Positions 9,187-21,651 of a stretch of DNA of 64,000 bases are shown piece by piece. The position numbers and the translations under genes are program-made. Location: contig CAUQFM010000002.1 in the NCBI GenBank assembly GCA_963517295.1, positions 1,735-65,734 on the forward strand. The letters run 5' to 3'. Below the pieces are notes generated by a model. That model saw only the letters and a list, made by a program, of their open reading frames with translations. It did not search any database and was not told where the DNA came from. Numbering within the stretch: the first letter of the stretch is position 1; the number at the start of each line of letters is the position of its first letter. The stretch is from an uncultured Vagococcus sp. (lineage in GTDB: Bacteria > Bacillota > Bacilli > Lactobacillales > Vagococcaceae).

Positions 9187-9755
9187 GCATTATATGTTTC
9201 TAATGTTTTGGGGTAAATTTTATTTTGATTATTTATTAAATAAAGCAGCGTGTGCTTTGTTTCAAAAGCAACAGCTTCATCTAAATTTCTGTTTGCTACA
9301 AGGCGAGCCTCTTCCACTACAGGAAAATTACGACCCTCTTCAATATAATCCGCCACATAGATAACTTTTTCTAGTTCACTCATAGACTGGCTACCTGTTG
9401 TGTGTGATTCAATAGCCTTCAGTATATCTTGATTGGAAATACCCAACTCTTTTAAAACTAAGCGAGCACCTACAATACCATGCCATATGTTATTACCATA
9501 TCGAATAATATCATTATCAATTTCTGACTGTCTAATGAAAGTTATCATTTCTTCATCTGGTCTTTCTTTTGCATAATCATGGGTTAAAGCAGCGATACTT
9601 GCTTTTTCCAAATCAACACCATACGTTTCAGCAAGCTCAAGAGCTTTTTTCTCAACTCTTAAAACATGTTGAAATCGTTTGTCACTCATTTGAGCAGAAA
9701 CTAATTTGATTAACTCAACTCTTGTATGTTTCGTATATTGGTTACTGTACTCCAT
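9171..9755 (-). CDS. yqeK: HD-domain bis(5'-nucleosyl)-tetraphosphatase YqeK
   Basis: HVLRV...ALTHDYAK HD motif. Overlaps the nadD stop, in the conserved nadD-yqeK order. Confidence 0.85.
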   Translation of the reverse strand: MEYSNQYTKHTRVELIKLVSAQMSDKRFQHVLRVEKKALELAETYGVDLEKASIAALTHDYAKERPDEEMITFIRQSEIDNDIIRYGNNIWHGIVGARLVLKELGISNQDILKAIESHTTGSQSMSELEKVIYVADYIEEGRNFPVVEEARLVANRNLDEAVAFETKHTLLYLINNQNKIYPKTLETYNAWVVR

Positions 9756-10383
9756 TTTGATACAATCCTTTTTTATGAATATAGTTTAACACATTCTCAG
9801 GTAAAAAGTACTTTGCTGAACAATTCGAGGCAATTTTTTTACGAATATCACTAGAACTAATTTCAATCAACGGCAAGTCTACCCAGATAATTGGATACGA
9901 GGTTTCTTTACTAGACCCCTTTCGTTCCACACCGACAAATTGAATCATCTTCATCAATTCATCAATCTTATACCATTTAGGTAAATACTCAACCATGTCT
10001 CCACCAACGATAAAATAATAATCTGTATCCGGGTTAGCTTCAACTAATTTTTTCATCGTATCATAGGTATAACTTTTACCTTTTCTGTTAATTTCAGCTA
10101 ATTCTATACCCAAGTTTGGATTATCTTCCACAGCTAATTTCAACATTTGAACACGTTCATTAGAATCAATGGTTTCTTTTTTATCAACATGCGGTGATTC
10201 ATACGACGGCATTAGAAAAAAATTATCTAATGCTAATTGGTGGCACACTTGATCTGCCATTATTAAGTGTCCCATATGAATAGGATTAAATCCCCCACCT
10301 AAGATCCCAACTCTTTTTCTTTTGGAAGAAGTTGACCGTAAGTTTGCTTGAGTATGCGTCATTAGATTGATTTTTGATTTCAT
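9742..10383 (-). CDS. nadD: Nicotinate-nucleotide adenylyltransferase
   Basis: GILGGGFNPIHMGHL (HxGH) and the ISSSDIRK motif. ATG 10383 (MKSKINL...) is preferred over ORF-track 10461, which would overlap yhbY by 65 nt. Confidence 0.9.
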   Translation of the reverse strand: MKSKINLMTHTQANLRSTSSKRKRVGILGGGFNPIHMGHLIMADQVCHQLALDNFFLMPSYESPHVDKKETIDSNERVQMLKLAVEDNPNLGIELAEINRKGKSYTYDTMKKLVEANPDTDYYFIVGGDMVEYLPKWYKIDELMKMIQFVGVERKGSSKETSYPIIWVDLPLIEISSSDIRKKIASNCSAKYFLPENVLNYIHKKGLYQNGVQ

Positions 10384-10396
10384 ACGTTCACCACAA

Positions 10397-10708
10397 TTAA
10401 ATTGATTGAACTTGTTTAGAGACTTTTTGGAATTTCTCTTTAGATGACTCACGATAAACAACTAAGATACGGCCAATCACTTGTACAACTTCACAATGAA
10501 GTGTTTCTTCAAAAACGGCAGCCACATCTTTTGCTGCTTCATCTGTATTTTGTAATAAGTTTACTTTAATTAGTTCTCTTCTTTCAAGTAAATCATCTAC
10601 TTGATCAAGTAATGTTTCACTGATACCATTTTTCCCAATTTGAACCAATGGACTCATATGATGTGCTTCGCTTCTTAAAAAGCGTTTTTGTTTTCCTCTT
10701 AATTTCAT
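10397..10708 (-). CDS. yhbY: YhbY/CRS1-type RNA-binding protein (ribosome assembly)
   Basis: 103 aa; LRSEAHHMSPLVQIGKNGISE...ELIKV is characteristic of the family. Confidence 0.85.
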   Translation of the reverse strand: MKLRGKQKRFLRSEAHHMSPLVQIGKNGISETLLDQVDDLLERRELIKVNLLQNTDEAAKDVAAVFEETLHCEVVQVIGRILVVYRESSKEKFQKVSKQVQSI

Positions 10709-10728
10709 TTCTCTTACCTCTTCTATTT

Positions 10729-11838
10729 TTAAATTAGTGACTTTCTTTGAATCACGTCAACACCTTTTGGCGCCCAACCAGCTACAACACCTGCATCTGG
10801 AATAGTTACCCAGCCAAGTCCTGAAAATACTAAATCAGTTTTTTCCTTCACTGAAAATTCAAAGCGAACAAGTTCTGGAAACTCACCTAGTTCATTTTCT
10901 CGTGGTGGCTGTAGTAATCCACCTGCATGTTTTTCATAGAATTCAGTTGCTGATTCTAACTTCGTACGATGGATTATCAAGTCATTAGAAACATACGTAA
11001 TAAATCCTTGTTTATTTCCTTGAATAAAATCAAAACGTGCTAAACCACCTAAGAATAATGTCTGACCAGCATTTAATTGGTAAACTTTTGGCTTAATTTC
11101 TTTTTTTGGTGAAACAAGCATTAAATCTTTTTTACCTAAATAATGTGCCATTTGATGACGGTGAATAATTCCTGGTGTGTCGATTAAGAAACGACCATCC
11201 TCTAAAGGAATTTCAATCTTATCTAACGTTGTTCCAGGAAATTGTGACGTGGTAATTAAATCTTTAACTCCCGCTGAATGATTGATAATAGCGTTAATTA
11301 ATGTTGATTTACCAACGTTTGTTACTCCAACAACATACACATCACGTCCTGCACGGTGTTCCTCGATTAATTCAAGTAACTCTTCAATATCTGATTCGCT
11401 TTTAGCACTTGTTAAAGTTACTTCTGTTGGTCTTAAACCAACTTCAAAAGCTCTTTCTTTCATCCATTGTGTCATTTTACCCTTCTTTAAGGATTTAGGT
11501 AAAATATCAACTTTATTTCCAACTAACAACACAGGGTTATTTCCCACAAAACGGTGTAAACCTGGAATTAAACTTCCATTAAAATCAAAAATATCAACAA
11601 CATTAACGATTAATGCGTCAGCATCCCCAATACCATTTAAAAGCGCTAGAAATTCTTTATCTGTAATAGCCACATCCTGAATGTCGTTATAGTGTCTTAA
11701 TCTAAAACAACGTTGGCAATAAACATCGCCACTTTCTAAGCCTTTCTCAAGAGCAGAATTTGGTGTATAACCAAGTCCTTCTTTGTCCTCTGTCTGAATA
11801 ACTGTCCCACAACCAATACAACGTATTTCCTCAGTCAT
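10729..11838 (-). CDS. yqeH: Ribosome biogenesis GTPase YqeH
   Basis: N-terminal zinc finger CIGCG...CQRC. Circularly permuted GTPase motifs NKVD ... GVTNVGKST ... DTPG. Confidence 0.88.
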   Translation of the reverse strand: MTEEIRCIGCGTVIQTEDKEGLGYTPNSALEKGLESGDVYCQRCFRLRHYNDIQDVAITDKEFLALLNGIGDADALIVNVVDIFDFNGSLIPGLHRFVGNNPVLLVGNKVDILPKSLKKGKMTQWMKERAFEVGLRPTEVTLTSAKSESDIEELLELIEEHRAGRDVYVVGVTNVGKSTLINAIINHSAGVKDLITTSQFPGTTLDKIEIPLEDGRFLIDTPGIIHRHQMAHYLGKKDLMLVSPKKEIKPKVYQLNAGQTLFLGGLARFDFIQGNKQGFITYVSNDLIIHRTKLESATEFYEKHAGGLLQPPRENELGEFPELVRFEFSVKEKTDLVFSGLGWVTIPDAGVVAGWAPKGVDVIQRKSLI

Positions 11839-12361
11839 TAAGTGATTTCCTCCATTTCATATCTGAGTGTTTTTTATGTAAATACCTTTTTATCTTTTTC
11901 TCCATTGTTCGATTGAACTTCGTGTTCCAAGCGTCTGTTTCGATAATTGGTTTAACGAGCACACTTCTAATACCAGCACTATTAGCACCTTTAATATCCG
12001 TCATCAACTGATCACCTACCATAATTAATTTATCATTTGGTAAGTTATATCTTTTTTCAACTTCATTAAAGCCTTTTTGGAATGGTTTCATTGCCCGTGA
12101 TACGTATTCAAGGCCTAAATGATTCACAGCACGATCCACTCGCGATGCTTTATTATTAGACACAACAATCACAGGAATATTAGCAGCTTTCATTGTTTCA
12201 ATCCAAGTTAACAATTCAGGTGTCCCATCTGGATTATTCCAAGCAATTAACGTGTTATCTAAATCAGTTAATACCGCTTCAATCCCGTGGTCCTTCAATT
12301 GACTAGGTGTAATATCATAAATGGCTTCAATCATCCATGTTGGTTTATATTTTTCAAACAT
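11831..12361 (-). CDS. yqeG: YqeG-family HAD phosphatase
   Basis: DLDNTL (HAD motif I), VSNN and GDQLMTD motifs. Overlaps the yqeH start by 8 nt. Confidence 0.85.
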   Translation of the reverse strand: MFEKYKPTWMIEAIYDITPSQLKDHGIEAVLTDLDNTLIAWNNPDGTPELLTWIETMKAANIPVIVVSNNKASRVDRAVNHLGLEYVSRAMKPFQKGFNEVEKRYNLPNDKLIMVGDQLMTDIKGANSAGIRSVLVKPIIETDAWNTKFNRTMEKKIKRYLHKKHSDMKWRKSLND

Positions 12362-12616
12362 AGTGACTTCCTTTCATAAAAAATAGGAGACACATCTTGG
12401 CCTCCCACACTTTTCACCATTATACGCTATTTCCTTCAAAAATTCACTAAAAACAATTCGGTTGACTCTTCTTTTTTCTGTCTAATGAGTAAACCCTTAC
12501 CTACCCTTTATCAAAGATAATCCCACTAATTCCTCTTCTAATTATATTTTTTGTCACTTATATCTATTTTCGTGTTCTTAAATCGTCCCAAACTTCATGG
12601 ACAATAGTCTAAAAAT

Positions 12617-12644
12617 GAAAAAAACCGTTAGAATTTACTAACGG
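12617..12644 (-). terminator. Intrinsic terminator after purD
   Basis: CCGTTAG-TAAATT-CTAACGG followed by T7 on the minus strand. Confidence 0.7.
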
Positions 12645-12653
12645 AAGTCTTTT

Positions 12654-13919
12654 CTATTTGTTATTATTTTTATGCTCTTCTTTACCAATATCACTTCGAT
12701 AATAAAAATTCGTTAATTTTTGAGTTTCCAGCCATTTATATAATTTTTTATATGCTATTTCTTGAGAACCTTCAGTAATGGCAACTAGAAAAACGCGTCC
12801 ACCATTAGAAACTAACGTATCGCCATTTTTACTGACACCTGAATAGATAATTTTAACGTCGTGTTCTGCATCAAAACGAGGAATTTCAATGTCTTTTTCA
12901 TAAATACCTGGGTATCCTTTTGCCGCTACAACTACACCAAGACTTATACCCTCTTTTTTCCACTCAATCTCCACTTTTTCTTGATTTAATAATGACTCAA
13001 TTACCAAACAAAAATCGGAGTCTAATCGTTCAAGCAAGACTTGCGTTTCTGGATCTCCAAACCTAGCATTATACTCAATCACTTTAGGACCGTCATTCGT
13101 TAAGATTAGGCCCGTATATAAAATACCTTCAAAAGGAATCCCTTCTTTTTTCATGCCTTCAATTGTCGGTTGAATAATATCCTGAATGACTGTTTCTTCT
13201 ACTTCCTTTGTCACATAATCAACAGGACTATACGCACCCATTCCACCAGTATTCGGGCCCTTATCATCATCAAAAATCGCTTTATGATCTTTTGCTGCAA
13301 CCATCGGATAAAATCCTGTTTCATTAACAAAGGACAATAATGAAAATTCTTTCCCAACTAAGAACTCTTCAATGACTACTCGTGATGAAGCATCCACTAA
13401 AACCGTTTTTAAAACAGCCTCGGCTTCTGCTAACGTATAGACAATCGTTACACCTTTGCCAGCTGCAAGCCCATCCTCTTTAATAACAATCGGTAACTTA
13501 TTTTTTTTAACATATTCTAGCGCTTCAGTATAATCTGAAAAACCTTGATAGCTTGCTGTTGGAATATCGTATTTAATCATTATTTTTTTAGCAAATTCTT
13601 TTGATCCTTCAATCAAAGCTGCCGCTTTACTTGGTCCAAAAATTTTAATGCCAGCCTCTTTAAAATCATCTACTATGCCATTCATCAACGGAACTTCTGG
13701 TCCCACTAAAACCCAATCAATTGCCATTTTTTTAGAAAAAGCAATCAATTCCTCATGAGCTTCTTCGGAAATATCAACTATTTTAATACCATCAAATAAC
13801 ATGCCGGCATTTCCTTTTGCACAAAAAACAGTTTCAACTTTAGGGCTTTCAAGTAATTTTTTACAAATCCCATGCTCTCGTCCACCACTACCAATAACTA
13901 ATATTTTTCTTTTCATCAT
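12654..13919 (-). CDS. purD: Phosphoribosylamine--glycine ligase
   Basis: ILVIGSGGREH N-terminus; ATP-grasp core; NARFGDPETQ. Confidence 0.95.
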   Translation of the reverse strand: MMKRKILVIGSGGREHGICKKLLESPKVETVFCAKGNAGMLFDGIKIVDISEEAHEELIAFSKKMAIDWVLVGPEVPLMNGIVDDFKEAGIKIFGPSKAAALIEGSKEFAKKIMIKYDIPTASYQGFSDYTEALEYVKKNKLPIVIKEDGLAAGKGVTIVYTLAEAEAVLKTVLVDASSRVVIEEFLVGKEFSLLSFVNETGFYPMVAAKDHKAIFDDDKGPNTGGMGAYSPVDYVTKEVEETVIQDIIQPTIEGMKKEGIPFEGILYTGLILTNDGPKVIEYNARFGDPETQVLLERLDSDFCLVIESLLNQEKVEIEWKKEGISLGVVVAAKGYPGIYEKDIEIPRFDAEHDVKIIYSGVSKNGDTLVSNGGRVFLVAITEGSQEIAYKKLYKWLETQKLTNFYYRSDIGKEEHKNNNK

Positions 13920-13928
13920 TAGCTCCTT

Positions 13929-15470
13929 TTAATGTTTGAAATGTCTTACATTAGTGAAAATCATTGCAATACCGTATTTATCTGCCATATCAATAGATTC
14001 TTGATCTTTGATACTTCCACCTGGTTGAATAATTGCTTTAATACCACTCTGTCCAATTAATTCCACACTGTCAGACATCGGAAAAAATGCATCACTAGCA
14101 AGAACTGCCTCTTCCAGATATGCTTGACCCTGCTTAATGGCAATTTCTACTGAGCCAACTCGGTTCATTTGTCCAGCGCCAATTCCTAGAGTTCTTGTAT
14201 TATTGGCTAAAACAATCGCATTACTTTTAACATGTTTCACACATTTATTGGCAAAAATCATTGCTTCTAATTCTTGATGAGACGGTTGACGTTTCGTTAC
14301 TATTTTCCAGGTTGTTTCATCCTCAACTAACGTATCCATTTCTTGGACTAATAAGCCACCTAAAACTGACACATATTCTTTTTCAGCTATATCTTTTTGT
14401 TCTGCCATATTCAGTTCTAATAGGCGGATATTTTTCTTTTGGCTTAAAACAGCTAAAGCTTCTTCTGTAAATTTTGGTGCAATAACAATTTCTAAGAAAA
14501 TTTGACCTAATTCTTCTGCTGTTTTTAGATCAACTTCTCGATTAAGGGCAATAATTCCACCAAAAATAGAAATAGGATCGCTTTTGTAAGCATTCATAAA
14601 AGCATTATAAATCGTTGAACCATTTCCAATACCGCATGGATTCATATGTTTAACCGCTACTGCCGTTGGAATACTAAATTCACTGATTATTCGCAAACAA
14701 GCATCGGCATCTTTAATATTATTATATGACAACTCTTTTCCGTGCAATTGTTTAGCTGAAGCAATCGAAAAAGGACTAGGAACAGCTGAACCATAAAAAC
14801 TTGCTTTTTGATGCCCATTTTCACCGTATCGTAGTTCTTGTTTTAAATCAAACGTTAACGTTAATGATTCTTGATTTAACTCATTCACTTGTTTTGTTAA
14901 ATAATCTGCAATTAAAGCATCGTAGCTAGCTGTGTGACAAAATGCTTTGGCCGCTAATTCTTTACGAACTTTAACCGTTGTGTTGCCTTCTTCTTTCAGC
15001 TGTTCTATCACTTTTTTATAGTCACAAGGATCAATAACAACTGTGACACTTTCAAAATTTTTACTAGCACTACGTAGCATACTAGGCCCACCGATATCAA
15101 TATTTTCAATGGCTTCGCCTTCTGTTACATTTGGTTGTTGAATGGTTTCTTTAAAGGGATAAAGATTAACACAGACTAGATCAATCGGGTTGATTTCATG
15201 ATGTTTCATTGTCTCTACATGCGTGGGGTCACTTCTTTTACCTAATAATCCACCATGAATTTTGGGATGAAGTGTTTTCACACGACCATCTAACATTTCA
15301 GGGAAATTCGTCACTGTTTCAATCCCAATAGTTGTCACATTAGCTTCAGATAACACTTTTTGTGTTCCTCCTGTTGAAACAATCTCAAATCCTAGTGCGA
15401 TCAATTCTTTAGAAAACTCGATAATTCCAGTTTTATCCGAAACACTAATCAACGCTCTTCTTTTTGTCAT
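13929..15470 (-). CDS. purH: Bifunctional AICAR transformylase / IMP cyclohydrolase
   Basis: [11 protein letters not shown]...GGTQKVL...[11 protein letters not shown]...RHFKH C-terminus. Confidence 0.95.
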   Translation of the reverse strand: MTKRRALISVSDKTGIIEFSKELIALGFEIVSTGGTQKVLSEANVTTIGIETVTNFPEMLDGRVKTLHPKIHGGLLGKRSDPTHVETMKHHEINPIDLVCVNLYPFKETIQQPNVTEGEAIENIDIGGPSMLRSASKNFESVTVVIDPCDYKKVIEQLKEEGNTTVKVRKELAAKAFCHTASYDALIADYLTKQVNELNQESLTLTFDLKQELRYGENGHQKASFYGSAVPSPFSIASAKQLHGKELSYNNIKDADACLRIISEFSIPTAVAVKHMNPCGIGNGSTIYNAFMNAYKSDPISIFGGIIALNREVDLKTAEELGQIFLEIVIAPKFTEEALAVLSQKKNIRLLELNMAEQKDIAEKEYVSVLGGLLVQEMDTLVEDETTWKIVTKRQPSHQELEAMIFANKCVKHVKSNAIVLANNTRTLGIGAGQMNRVGSVEIAIKQGQAYLEEAVLASDAFFPMSDSVELIGQSGIKAIIQPGGSIKDQESIDMADKYGIAMIFTNVRHFKH

Positions 15471-16045
15471 TATTTTTCGTTCTCCCTTATAAAATCTGCA
15501 ATAATTTTTGGGTAATACCTGTGTTCTAACGAATGAATTCGATTTTCTAATTCTTCAAGCGTTTCTTCTTCATTTCTTTCCAAGCTTTTTTGGAAAATAA
15601 TTGGACCTGTATCTATCCCATCATCTACTAGATGAATCGTAATCCCTGTTTCCTTCACCTCAGAATGAAACGCATCATAAATCCCGTGCTTTCCAGGAAA
15701 ATTTGGTAACAAAGAAGGATGTAAATTAATCATTCGGTTCGGATATGCTTTTAAAAGTGTTGAACCTATAATTCGCATGTAGCCAGCTAAAATAATTAAT
15801 TCGATTTCTTCTTCTTTGAGGAAATTTAAAATATGCGCTTCATATTTATCTTTAGACATTTCTTTTGTCTTAGGAAATACGTAATAAGGAATGTGATACT
15901 TTTTAGCTCTTTCAATCACATAAGCCGATTCTTGATCAGTAAATAAATAGGCCAATTCACCAGGAATCACCTGATCTTTCACTTGTTCGACAATCGACTC
16001 AAAATTTGAGCCATTTCCTGAAGCAAAGATAGCAAATCTCATCAA
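15470..16045 (-). CDS. purN: Phosphoribosylglycinamide formyltransferase
   Basis: [10 protein letters not shown]...NLHPSLLP...[17 protein letters not shown]. Confidence 0.93.
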   Translation of the reverse strand: MMRFAIFASGNGSNFESIVEQVKDQVIPGELAYLFTDQESAYVIERAKKYHIPYYVFPKTKEMSKDKYEAHILNFLKEEEIELIILAGYMRIIGSTLLKAYPNRMINLHPSLLPNFPGKHGIYDAFHSEVKETGITIHLVDDGIDTGPIIFQKSLERNEEETLEELENRIHSLEHRYYPKIIADFIRENEK

Positions 16046-17085
16046 TTTTCCTCAATAAAAATAATTTCTTTTTGAGCTTTAATAACAACTTTCCCGATTT
16101 CGAAAGGTGCTTCTCCTATGTTTAAAAGTGTTGCTTTTACCTCTGATAGATTATCAGGTGAAACTGCCAAGACCATCCCTATTCCCATATTAAAAATTTC
16201 GTACATTTCAGCTTCCTTCAACTTACCATACTCTTTCATCACAGAAAAAATAGCTGGAACATCCCAAGTTCCTTTATTAATTTCCACAGCCAAATCCTCT
16301 GGTAACATTCTAGGTAGATTTTCAACAAATCCGCCACCTGTCACATGAGAAATACCATTAATTAATGATTTTTTTATCAGTGGTAACACACTCTTAACAT
16401 AAATTCTTGTCGGTTCTAATAAAGCGGCACCTAATGTTTGATTTCCTAATTCTGGTAAATTATCCGTTAATGAAAAATCATTATCTTTAAAAAATATTTT
16501 TCTCACCAATGAGTAACCGTTTGAATGAATGCCACTCGACGCAAGACCAATTAAGATATCTCCCGTTTGAACTTTTTCTTTAGCAAGTAACTGACTTTTT
16601 TCAGCTACACCCACCGCAAAACCCGCCAAATCATAATCAGAATCGGCATACATGTCTGGCATCTCAGCTGTTTCACCGCCAATTAACGCCATATTCCCTT
16701 GATAGCAACCTTCTGCGATACCTGCGACTATTTGCTCCACTTGTTCTGGATTAGTCTTTCCTGTTGCTAAATAATCTAAAAAATACAAAGGTTCTGCTCC
16801 AGCAGCAAGTATATCGTTCACACACATCGCAACGCAGTCAATCCCAATTGTGTCGTGTTTATTTGCTTCAATAGCCAACATTAATTTTGTCCCAACACCA
16901 TCTGTACCTGACACAAGAACGGGTTCCTTAACACCTAGTTTACTTAAATCAAAAGCACCACCAAAACCACCTAAACCGCCCATAACACCTAAACGTTCAG
17001 TTCTTTTGGCGTGTTTCTTGATACGATCTACGACTTCATAACCAGCTTCTACATTAACTCCTGCTTTTTGATAGGCGTTCTTCAT
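16042..17085 (-). CDS. purM: Phosphoribosylformylglycinamidine cyclo-ligase (AIR synthetase)
   Basis: [11 protein letters not shown]...[10 protein letters not shown]...[10 protein letters not shown]...HVTGGG. Confidence 0.95.
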   Translation of the reverse strand: MKNAYQKAGVNVEAGYEVVDRIKKHAKRTERLGVMGGLGGFGGAFDLSKLGVKEPVLVSGTDGVGTKLMLAIEANKHDTIGIDCVAMCVNDILAAGAEPLYFLDYLATGKTNPEQVEQIVAGIAEGCYQGNMALIGGETAEMPDMYADSDYDLAGFAVGVAEKSQLLAKEKVQTGDILIGLASSGIHSNGYSLVRKIFFKDNDFSLTDNLPELGNQTLGAALLEPTRIYVKSVLPLIKKSLINGISHVTGGGFVENLPRMLPEDLAVEINKGTWDVPAIFSVMKEYGKLKEAEMYEIFNMGIGMVLAVSPDNLSEVKATLLNIGEAPFEIGKVVIKAQKEIIFIEEN

Positions 17086-17097
17086 TGACTTGCTCCT

Positions 17098-18510
17098 TTA
17101 ATTAGCTAGATTTTGTTGGTAATCATAAAGTTCTGTTGGGTAATCGCCATTAAAATAGGCCATACAAAGACCTGAATAAGGCGCATCTAAATTAAGACCG
17201 ATTGAGTTAATTAACCCTTCCTCACTTATAAATTCTAATGAGTCAGCTTCAATTATTTCTCTGATTTCTTCATTCGAATGATTAGATGCAATTAACTCTT
17301 TCTTCGTTTGAATATCAATCCCATAAAAACAAGGGTATTTTAATGGAGGGGCTGAAATTCTGACATGAACTTCCTTTGCTCCAGCATCTTTCAAAAGTTT
17401 AACAATTCTACGACTCGTTGTTCCTCGAACTATGGAATCATCCACTAAGATAATTTTCTTCCCTTCAACTACACCACGAACGGCTGAAAGTTTCATTCGA
17501 ACACCTTCTTCCCGTAATTCTTGCGTTGGTTGGATAAAAGTTCTAGCCACATACTGATTTTTCACCAAGCCCATCTCATACGGAATACCACTTTCTTCGG
17601 CGTATCCACTAGCCGCTGATAAAGACGAGTTAGGTACACCAATCACCATATCCGCCACAACTGGGGCTTCTTTAGCTAATGTTTTCCCCATTTTCTTTCT
17701 AGCTGAATGAACATTAATCCCTTTAATATTAGAATCAGGTCTAGCAAAGTAGATATATTCCATAGAACAAATCGAATATTGGGTTTGTTCTGTATAGGTA
17801 TCAATCGTCATACCCTCGTCATTAATCGTAATCAATTCTCCAGGTTCAACATCTCGAACAAAATCAGCCCCGACAGAATCAAGGGCACAGGTTTCACTTG
17901 CTACAACATAAGCTCCGCTTTTCATTTGCCCAATTGCTAATGGTCTAAAGGCATTAGGATCAAGTGCTGCATACAGCGCATCATCCGTTAATAGTACATA
18001 TGCAAAACCACCTTTAACTTGGTTCAACGCTTCTTTTAACCGTTCTTTGAAACTTGATTGTTCACTTCGCCTAATTAAATGCATTAAGATTTCAGTGTCA
18101 GAATTCGAATGAAAAATGCCACCTTCTTTTTCTACTTCATGACGTAACGTTTTTGCATTCGTTAAATTCCCATTGTGAGCTAAAGCAAAATCACCATCAA
18201 AAAATTTAAATAAGAAAGGTTGAATGTTATTAACTTCTCCAGTACCAGAAGTGGCATAACGCACATGACCAACGGCTGCATTTCCTGTTAATTTTTCTAA
18301 GTTTTCAGCTTTCCCAAAAACTTCAGTAAGTAGACCTAAATCACGGTGACCTTTTAGCATACCTTGGTCATTAGATACAATCCCTGCACCTTCCTGACCT
18401 CTATGTTGTAATGAATGAAGCCCAAAATAAGTCACTCTTGAAGATTCTGGGTGTCCCCAAATTCCAAAAACACCACACTCTTCATTTAAACTTTTTACTT
18501 CATAAGACAT
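17098..18510 (-). CDS. purF: Amidophosphoribosyltransferase
   Basis: Propeptide plus catalytic Cys ([19 protein letters not shown]) and the PRPP motif [15 protein letters not shown] 18510 is preferred over ORF-track 18528. Confidence 0.95.
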   Translation of the reverse strand: MSYEVKSLNEECGVFGIWGHPESSRVTYFGLHSLQHRGQEGAGIVSNDQGMLKGHRDLGLLTEVFGKAENLEKLTGNAAVGHVRYATSGTGEVNNIQPFLFKFFDGDFALAHNGNLTNAKTLRHEVEKEGGIFHSNSDTEILMHLIRRSEQSSFKERLKEALNQVKGGFAYVLLTDDALYAALDPNAFRPLAIGQMKSGAYVVASETCALDSVGADFVRDVEPGELITINDEGMTIDTYTEQTQYSICSMEYIYFARPDSNIKGINVHSARKKMGKTLAKEAPVVADMVIGVPNSSLSAASGYAEESGIPYEMGLVKNQYVARTFIQPTQELREEGVRMKLSAVRGVVEGKKIILVDDSIVRGTTSRRIVKLLKDAGAKEVHVRISAPPLKYPCFYGIDIQTKKELIASNHSNEEIREIIEADSLEFISEEGLINSIGLNLDAPYSGLCMAYFNGDYPTELYDYQQNLAN

Positions 18511-20717
18511 GTGATAGCTTCCTCCCAAAGTTCTTTGGCTTTTGTTATATCCACATTAATTTCGTCTGTCTTGGTTCTTAAATTAAACGTTGGTTCACTT
18601 GTCACTTTTCCAATTAAAGCAGCTTTTTCTCCCATCAACGATTCAAATACTTCTCGATTCTCTAACTTAACTGATATCACAAAACGTGACGGTGTTTCAG
18701 AAAATAGTAACTGAGCTGCTTGTTTAAATTCACCTGCTAAGCCTAAGTTATTTCTAAAACATGCTTCCATTAAAGCGATACCGAGCCCTCCTTCAGAACA
18801 ATCATGAGCGCTTTGAACCAAGCCTTTTTGAATACTTTCTAAAACAGCTACTTGATTTTGTTTCTCTTTTTTTAGATCAAATGTATTCAGAACGCCTTCA
18901 ATTTTTCCTGTTAGTAATTTTTGAAGTTCAGATCCATTAAAATCAACTTTCGTTTCCCCTATCACATATACTAAATCACCTGCTGTTTTAAAGTCTTGGG
19001 TTGTCACATGGTCCATATTTTCAACGAGTCCAACCATCCCAATGACTGGCGTTGGGTAAACTGCTCTTTGATTGGTTTCATTATATAAAGAAACATTCCC
19101 TGAAATAACTGGCGTTTCTAACTCCAGGCACGCTTTAGCTATTCCATCTGCTGACGTACTTAATTCCCAGAAGCCTTCTGGTTTATCAGGTGAGCCGTAA
19201 TTTAAACAATCGGTAATTGCAAGAGGACGTCCTCCACTAGCCACAATATTTCGAGCAGCTTCTGCCACTGCCATTTGTCCACCAACTTCTGGATTTAAGT
19301 AAAGGTAGCGACTATTACAATCCATCGTCATGGCTAAGCCTTTATTTGTTCCTCTCACTCTTAAAACAGCTGCATCACTACCAGGTCCGACCACGGTGTT
19401 TGTTCTAACTTGTGAATCATAGGTTTCAAAGATTGCTTTTTTAGACGCAATGGTTGGTTGTTGTAGCAACTTAAGTAAGACTTCATCGGGTTTTTTAATT
19501 TCTGGATTAAAGGGAGTTAAACGTTTAAAGTCTTGTATACGAGCGGGTTCTTTTTGTTCCTTTTGATACTCTGGGGCTTCTTCTGCTAAAGCATCCACTG
19601 GCAAATCAGCCACTTGAATGCCTTTATGAAATAGTCGGTAATGCTTATCATCTGTTACTTTTCCGATATTAACGGCGTCTAATCCGAAAGATTCAAACAA
19701 ATCAATCACTTGTTGTTCTTTTCCTTTTTTTATACATAACAGCATTCTTTCTTGAGATTCAGAGAGCATCATCTCATATGGTGTCATATTTGTTTCTCTT
19801 TGTGGTACATCATCCAAGTAAAGTTCTAATCCAGAACCAGCTTTTGATGCCATCTCTGAACTAGAAGAGACTAATCCTGCTGCACCCATATCTTGAATTC
19901 CCACTAAAATATCTGAATGATTTAAAATTAAATCTAAACAAGCTTCCATCAACAATTTTTCCATGAACGGATCTCCCACTTGAACAGCCGATCGTTGTTG
20001 TTCCTCACCCTCTGTAAATTCCTCAGAAGCAAAAGTTGCCCCGTGAATTCCGTCACGACCTGTTTTTGCACCCACATACATGATGGTATTACCAGTTCCT
20101 TTAGCTTGTCCTTTTTGAATATCTTTATGTTCAATCAAGCCAACACACATGGCATTAACCAACGGATTCCCTTCATAACAAGGATCAAAGCCAATTTCTC
20201 CACCCACAGTTGGAATACCAATACAGTTACCATAGCCGCCAATTCCTGCAACAACTTGTTCTAATAAATACTTCGTCCGATTATTGTCTAGCTCACCAAA
20301 ACGTAAAGAGTTTAACATAGCAATTGGTCTAGCACCCATACTAAAAATATCCCGAATAATACCACCTACACCAGTCGCAGCTCCTTCATAAGGTTCCACT
20401 GCTGACGGATGATTATGACTTTCAGCTTTAAATACAACTGCTAGATTATCACCAATATCTACAATTCCTGCACCTTCTCCTGGGCCTTGTAAGACATGCT
20501 TACCAGAAGTTGGAAATTTTCTCAAAACAGGTTTACTATTTTTGTAAGAACAATGTTCACTCCACATGACTGAAAAAAGTCCTGTTTCAGTATAATTTGG
20601 TAAGCGACCTAAAATTTTTTCGCTTATTAATTGATACTCTTCATCAGTCAAGCCCCACTCTTGATAAACCTTTTGATTTCTGACTTCTTCTGGTGTAAAT
20701 TCTTGAATTTTTAACAT
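18495..20717 (-). CDS. purL: Phosphoribosylformylglycinamidine synthase subunit PurL
   Basis: 740 aa; [19 protein letters not shown], and duplicated AIR-synthase-like domains. Confidence 0.95.
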   Translation of the reverse strand: MLKIQEFTPEEVRNQKVYQEWGLTDEEYQLISEKILGRLPNYTETGLFSVMWSEHCSYKNSKPVLRKFPTSGKHVLQGPGEGAGIVDIGDNLAVVFKAESHNHPSAVEPYEGAATGVGGIIRDIFSMGARPIAMLNSLRFGELDNNRTKYLLEQVVAGIGGYGNCIGIPTVGGEIGFDPCYEGNPLVNAMCVGLIEHKDIQKGQAKGTGNTIMYVGAKTGRDGIHGATFASEEFTEGEEQQRSAVQVGDPFMEKLLMEACLDLILNHSDILVGIQDMGAAGLVSSSSEMASKAGSGLELYLDDVPQRETNMTPYEMMLSESQERMLLCIKKGKEQQVIDLFESFGLDAVNIGKVTDDKHYRLFHKGIQVADLPVDALAEEAPEYQKEQKEPARIQDFKRLTPFNPEIKKPDEVLLKLLQQPTIASKKAIFETYDSQVRTNTVVGPGSDAAVLRVRGTNKGLAMTMDCNSRYLYLNPEVGGQMAVAEAARNIVASGGRPLAITDCLNYGSPDKPEGFWELSTSADGIAKACLELETPVISGNVSLYNETNQRAVYPTPVIGMVGLVENMDHVTTQDFKTAGDLVYVIGETKVDFNGSELQKLLTGKIEGVLNTFDLKKEKQNQVAVLESIQKGLVQSAHDCSEGGLGIALMEACFRNNLGLAGEFKQAAQLLFSETPSRFVISVKLENREVFESLMGEKAALIGKVTSEPTFNLRTKTDEINVDITKAKELWEEAITCLMK

Positions 20718-21397
20718 TGATTTTGACTCACCTTTCTTAGATAATCAACCATTGAGAGAAATAATTTACGTCCCGAATCACTGCCTAACAACTCTTCCAT
20801 CGCGCGTTCAGGATGAGGCATCATACCTAAGACATTGCCTTCTTTATTAGTAATTCCTGCGATATTTTCTAAGCTTCCGTTAGGGTTGTTTCCATCATAA
20901 GTAAAAATAATTTGATTGTTCTTTTTTAGTTCTTCTAATGTCTCTTCATCACAGTAATAATTACCTTCTCCATGAGCAATTGGCAAAGCTAATACTTCAT
21001 CTTGGTGATACTGAGAGGTAAATAAACTTTGGTTGTTCGCAACTTTAATTGCTTGGGTTTGACAGACAAATTTTAGATTATCATTTTTCAATAACACACC
21101 CGGTAAAAGTCCCGCTTCTGTTAAAATTTGGAACCCATTACAAGTACCAAATACGGGTTTTCCTGCTTTAGCAAATTTCGCCACTTCATCCATTACTGAT
21201 GAAAAACGAGCAATAGCACCACATCTCAAGTAATCACCATAAGAAAAGCCACCAGGAATTAAAATAGCATCGTACTCAGATAAATCTGTAGCTGTATGAC
21301 GGATATAATCGACCTCTTCTTGAATAATATCTTTAATCGCTAAATACAAATCAATATCACAATTAGATCCTGGAAAAACCAGTACACCAAACTTCAT
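20711..21397 (-). CDS. purQ: Phosphoribosylformylglycinamidine synthase glutaminase subunit PurQ
   Basis: GTCNGFQIL (catalytic Cys) and MPHPER. Confidence 0.95.
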   Translation of the reverse strand: MKFGVLVFPGSNCDIDLYLAIKDIIQEEVDYIRHTATDLSEYDAILIPGGFSYGDYLRCGAIARFSSVMDEVAKFAKAGKPVFGTCNGFQILTEAGLLPGVLLKNDNLKFVCQTQAIKVANNQSLFTSQYHQDEVLALPIAHGEGNYYCDEETLEELKKNNQIIFTYDGNNPNGSLENIAGITNKEGNVLGMMPHPERAMEELLGSDSGRKLFLSMVDYLRKVSQNQC

Positions 21398-21649
21398 TTA
21401 CTTAACCTCCAAAACTTGGATTCGAAAACTTTCCATATTGATATTGGCTAATAATTGGTCACTAATTTTTTCTGCTGTTTCAATAGCTTCTTGCTCAGTT
21501 TCAGCTTTAACATTAAAATCGAAGAATTTACCTAATTTGAGATTTGATATATTTTCATAACCTAACCGAGTAATAGCACCTTCAATGACTTCTGCTTGGG
21601 GATCTAAGACAGACTCCTTATAACTTACATACACTCTAATTTTAAACAT
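21398..21649 (-). CDS. purS: Phosphoribosylformylglycinamidine synthase subunit PurS
   Basis: 83 aa; VLDPQAEVIEGA motif; lies between purC and purQ. Confidence 0.9.
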   Translation of the reverse strand: MFKIRVYVSYKESVLDPQAEVIEGAITRLGYENISNLKLGKFFDFNVKAETEQEAIETAEKISDQLLANINMESFRIQVLEVK

Positions 21650-21651
21650 AT

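Noticed and set aside
12362-12420. GGAG...CTCC hairpin plus T-run just upstream of the yqeG SD, as a possible attenuator
   Set aside because: Only about 4 contiguous base pairs can form, so it is not a credible terminator.
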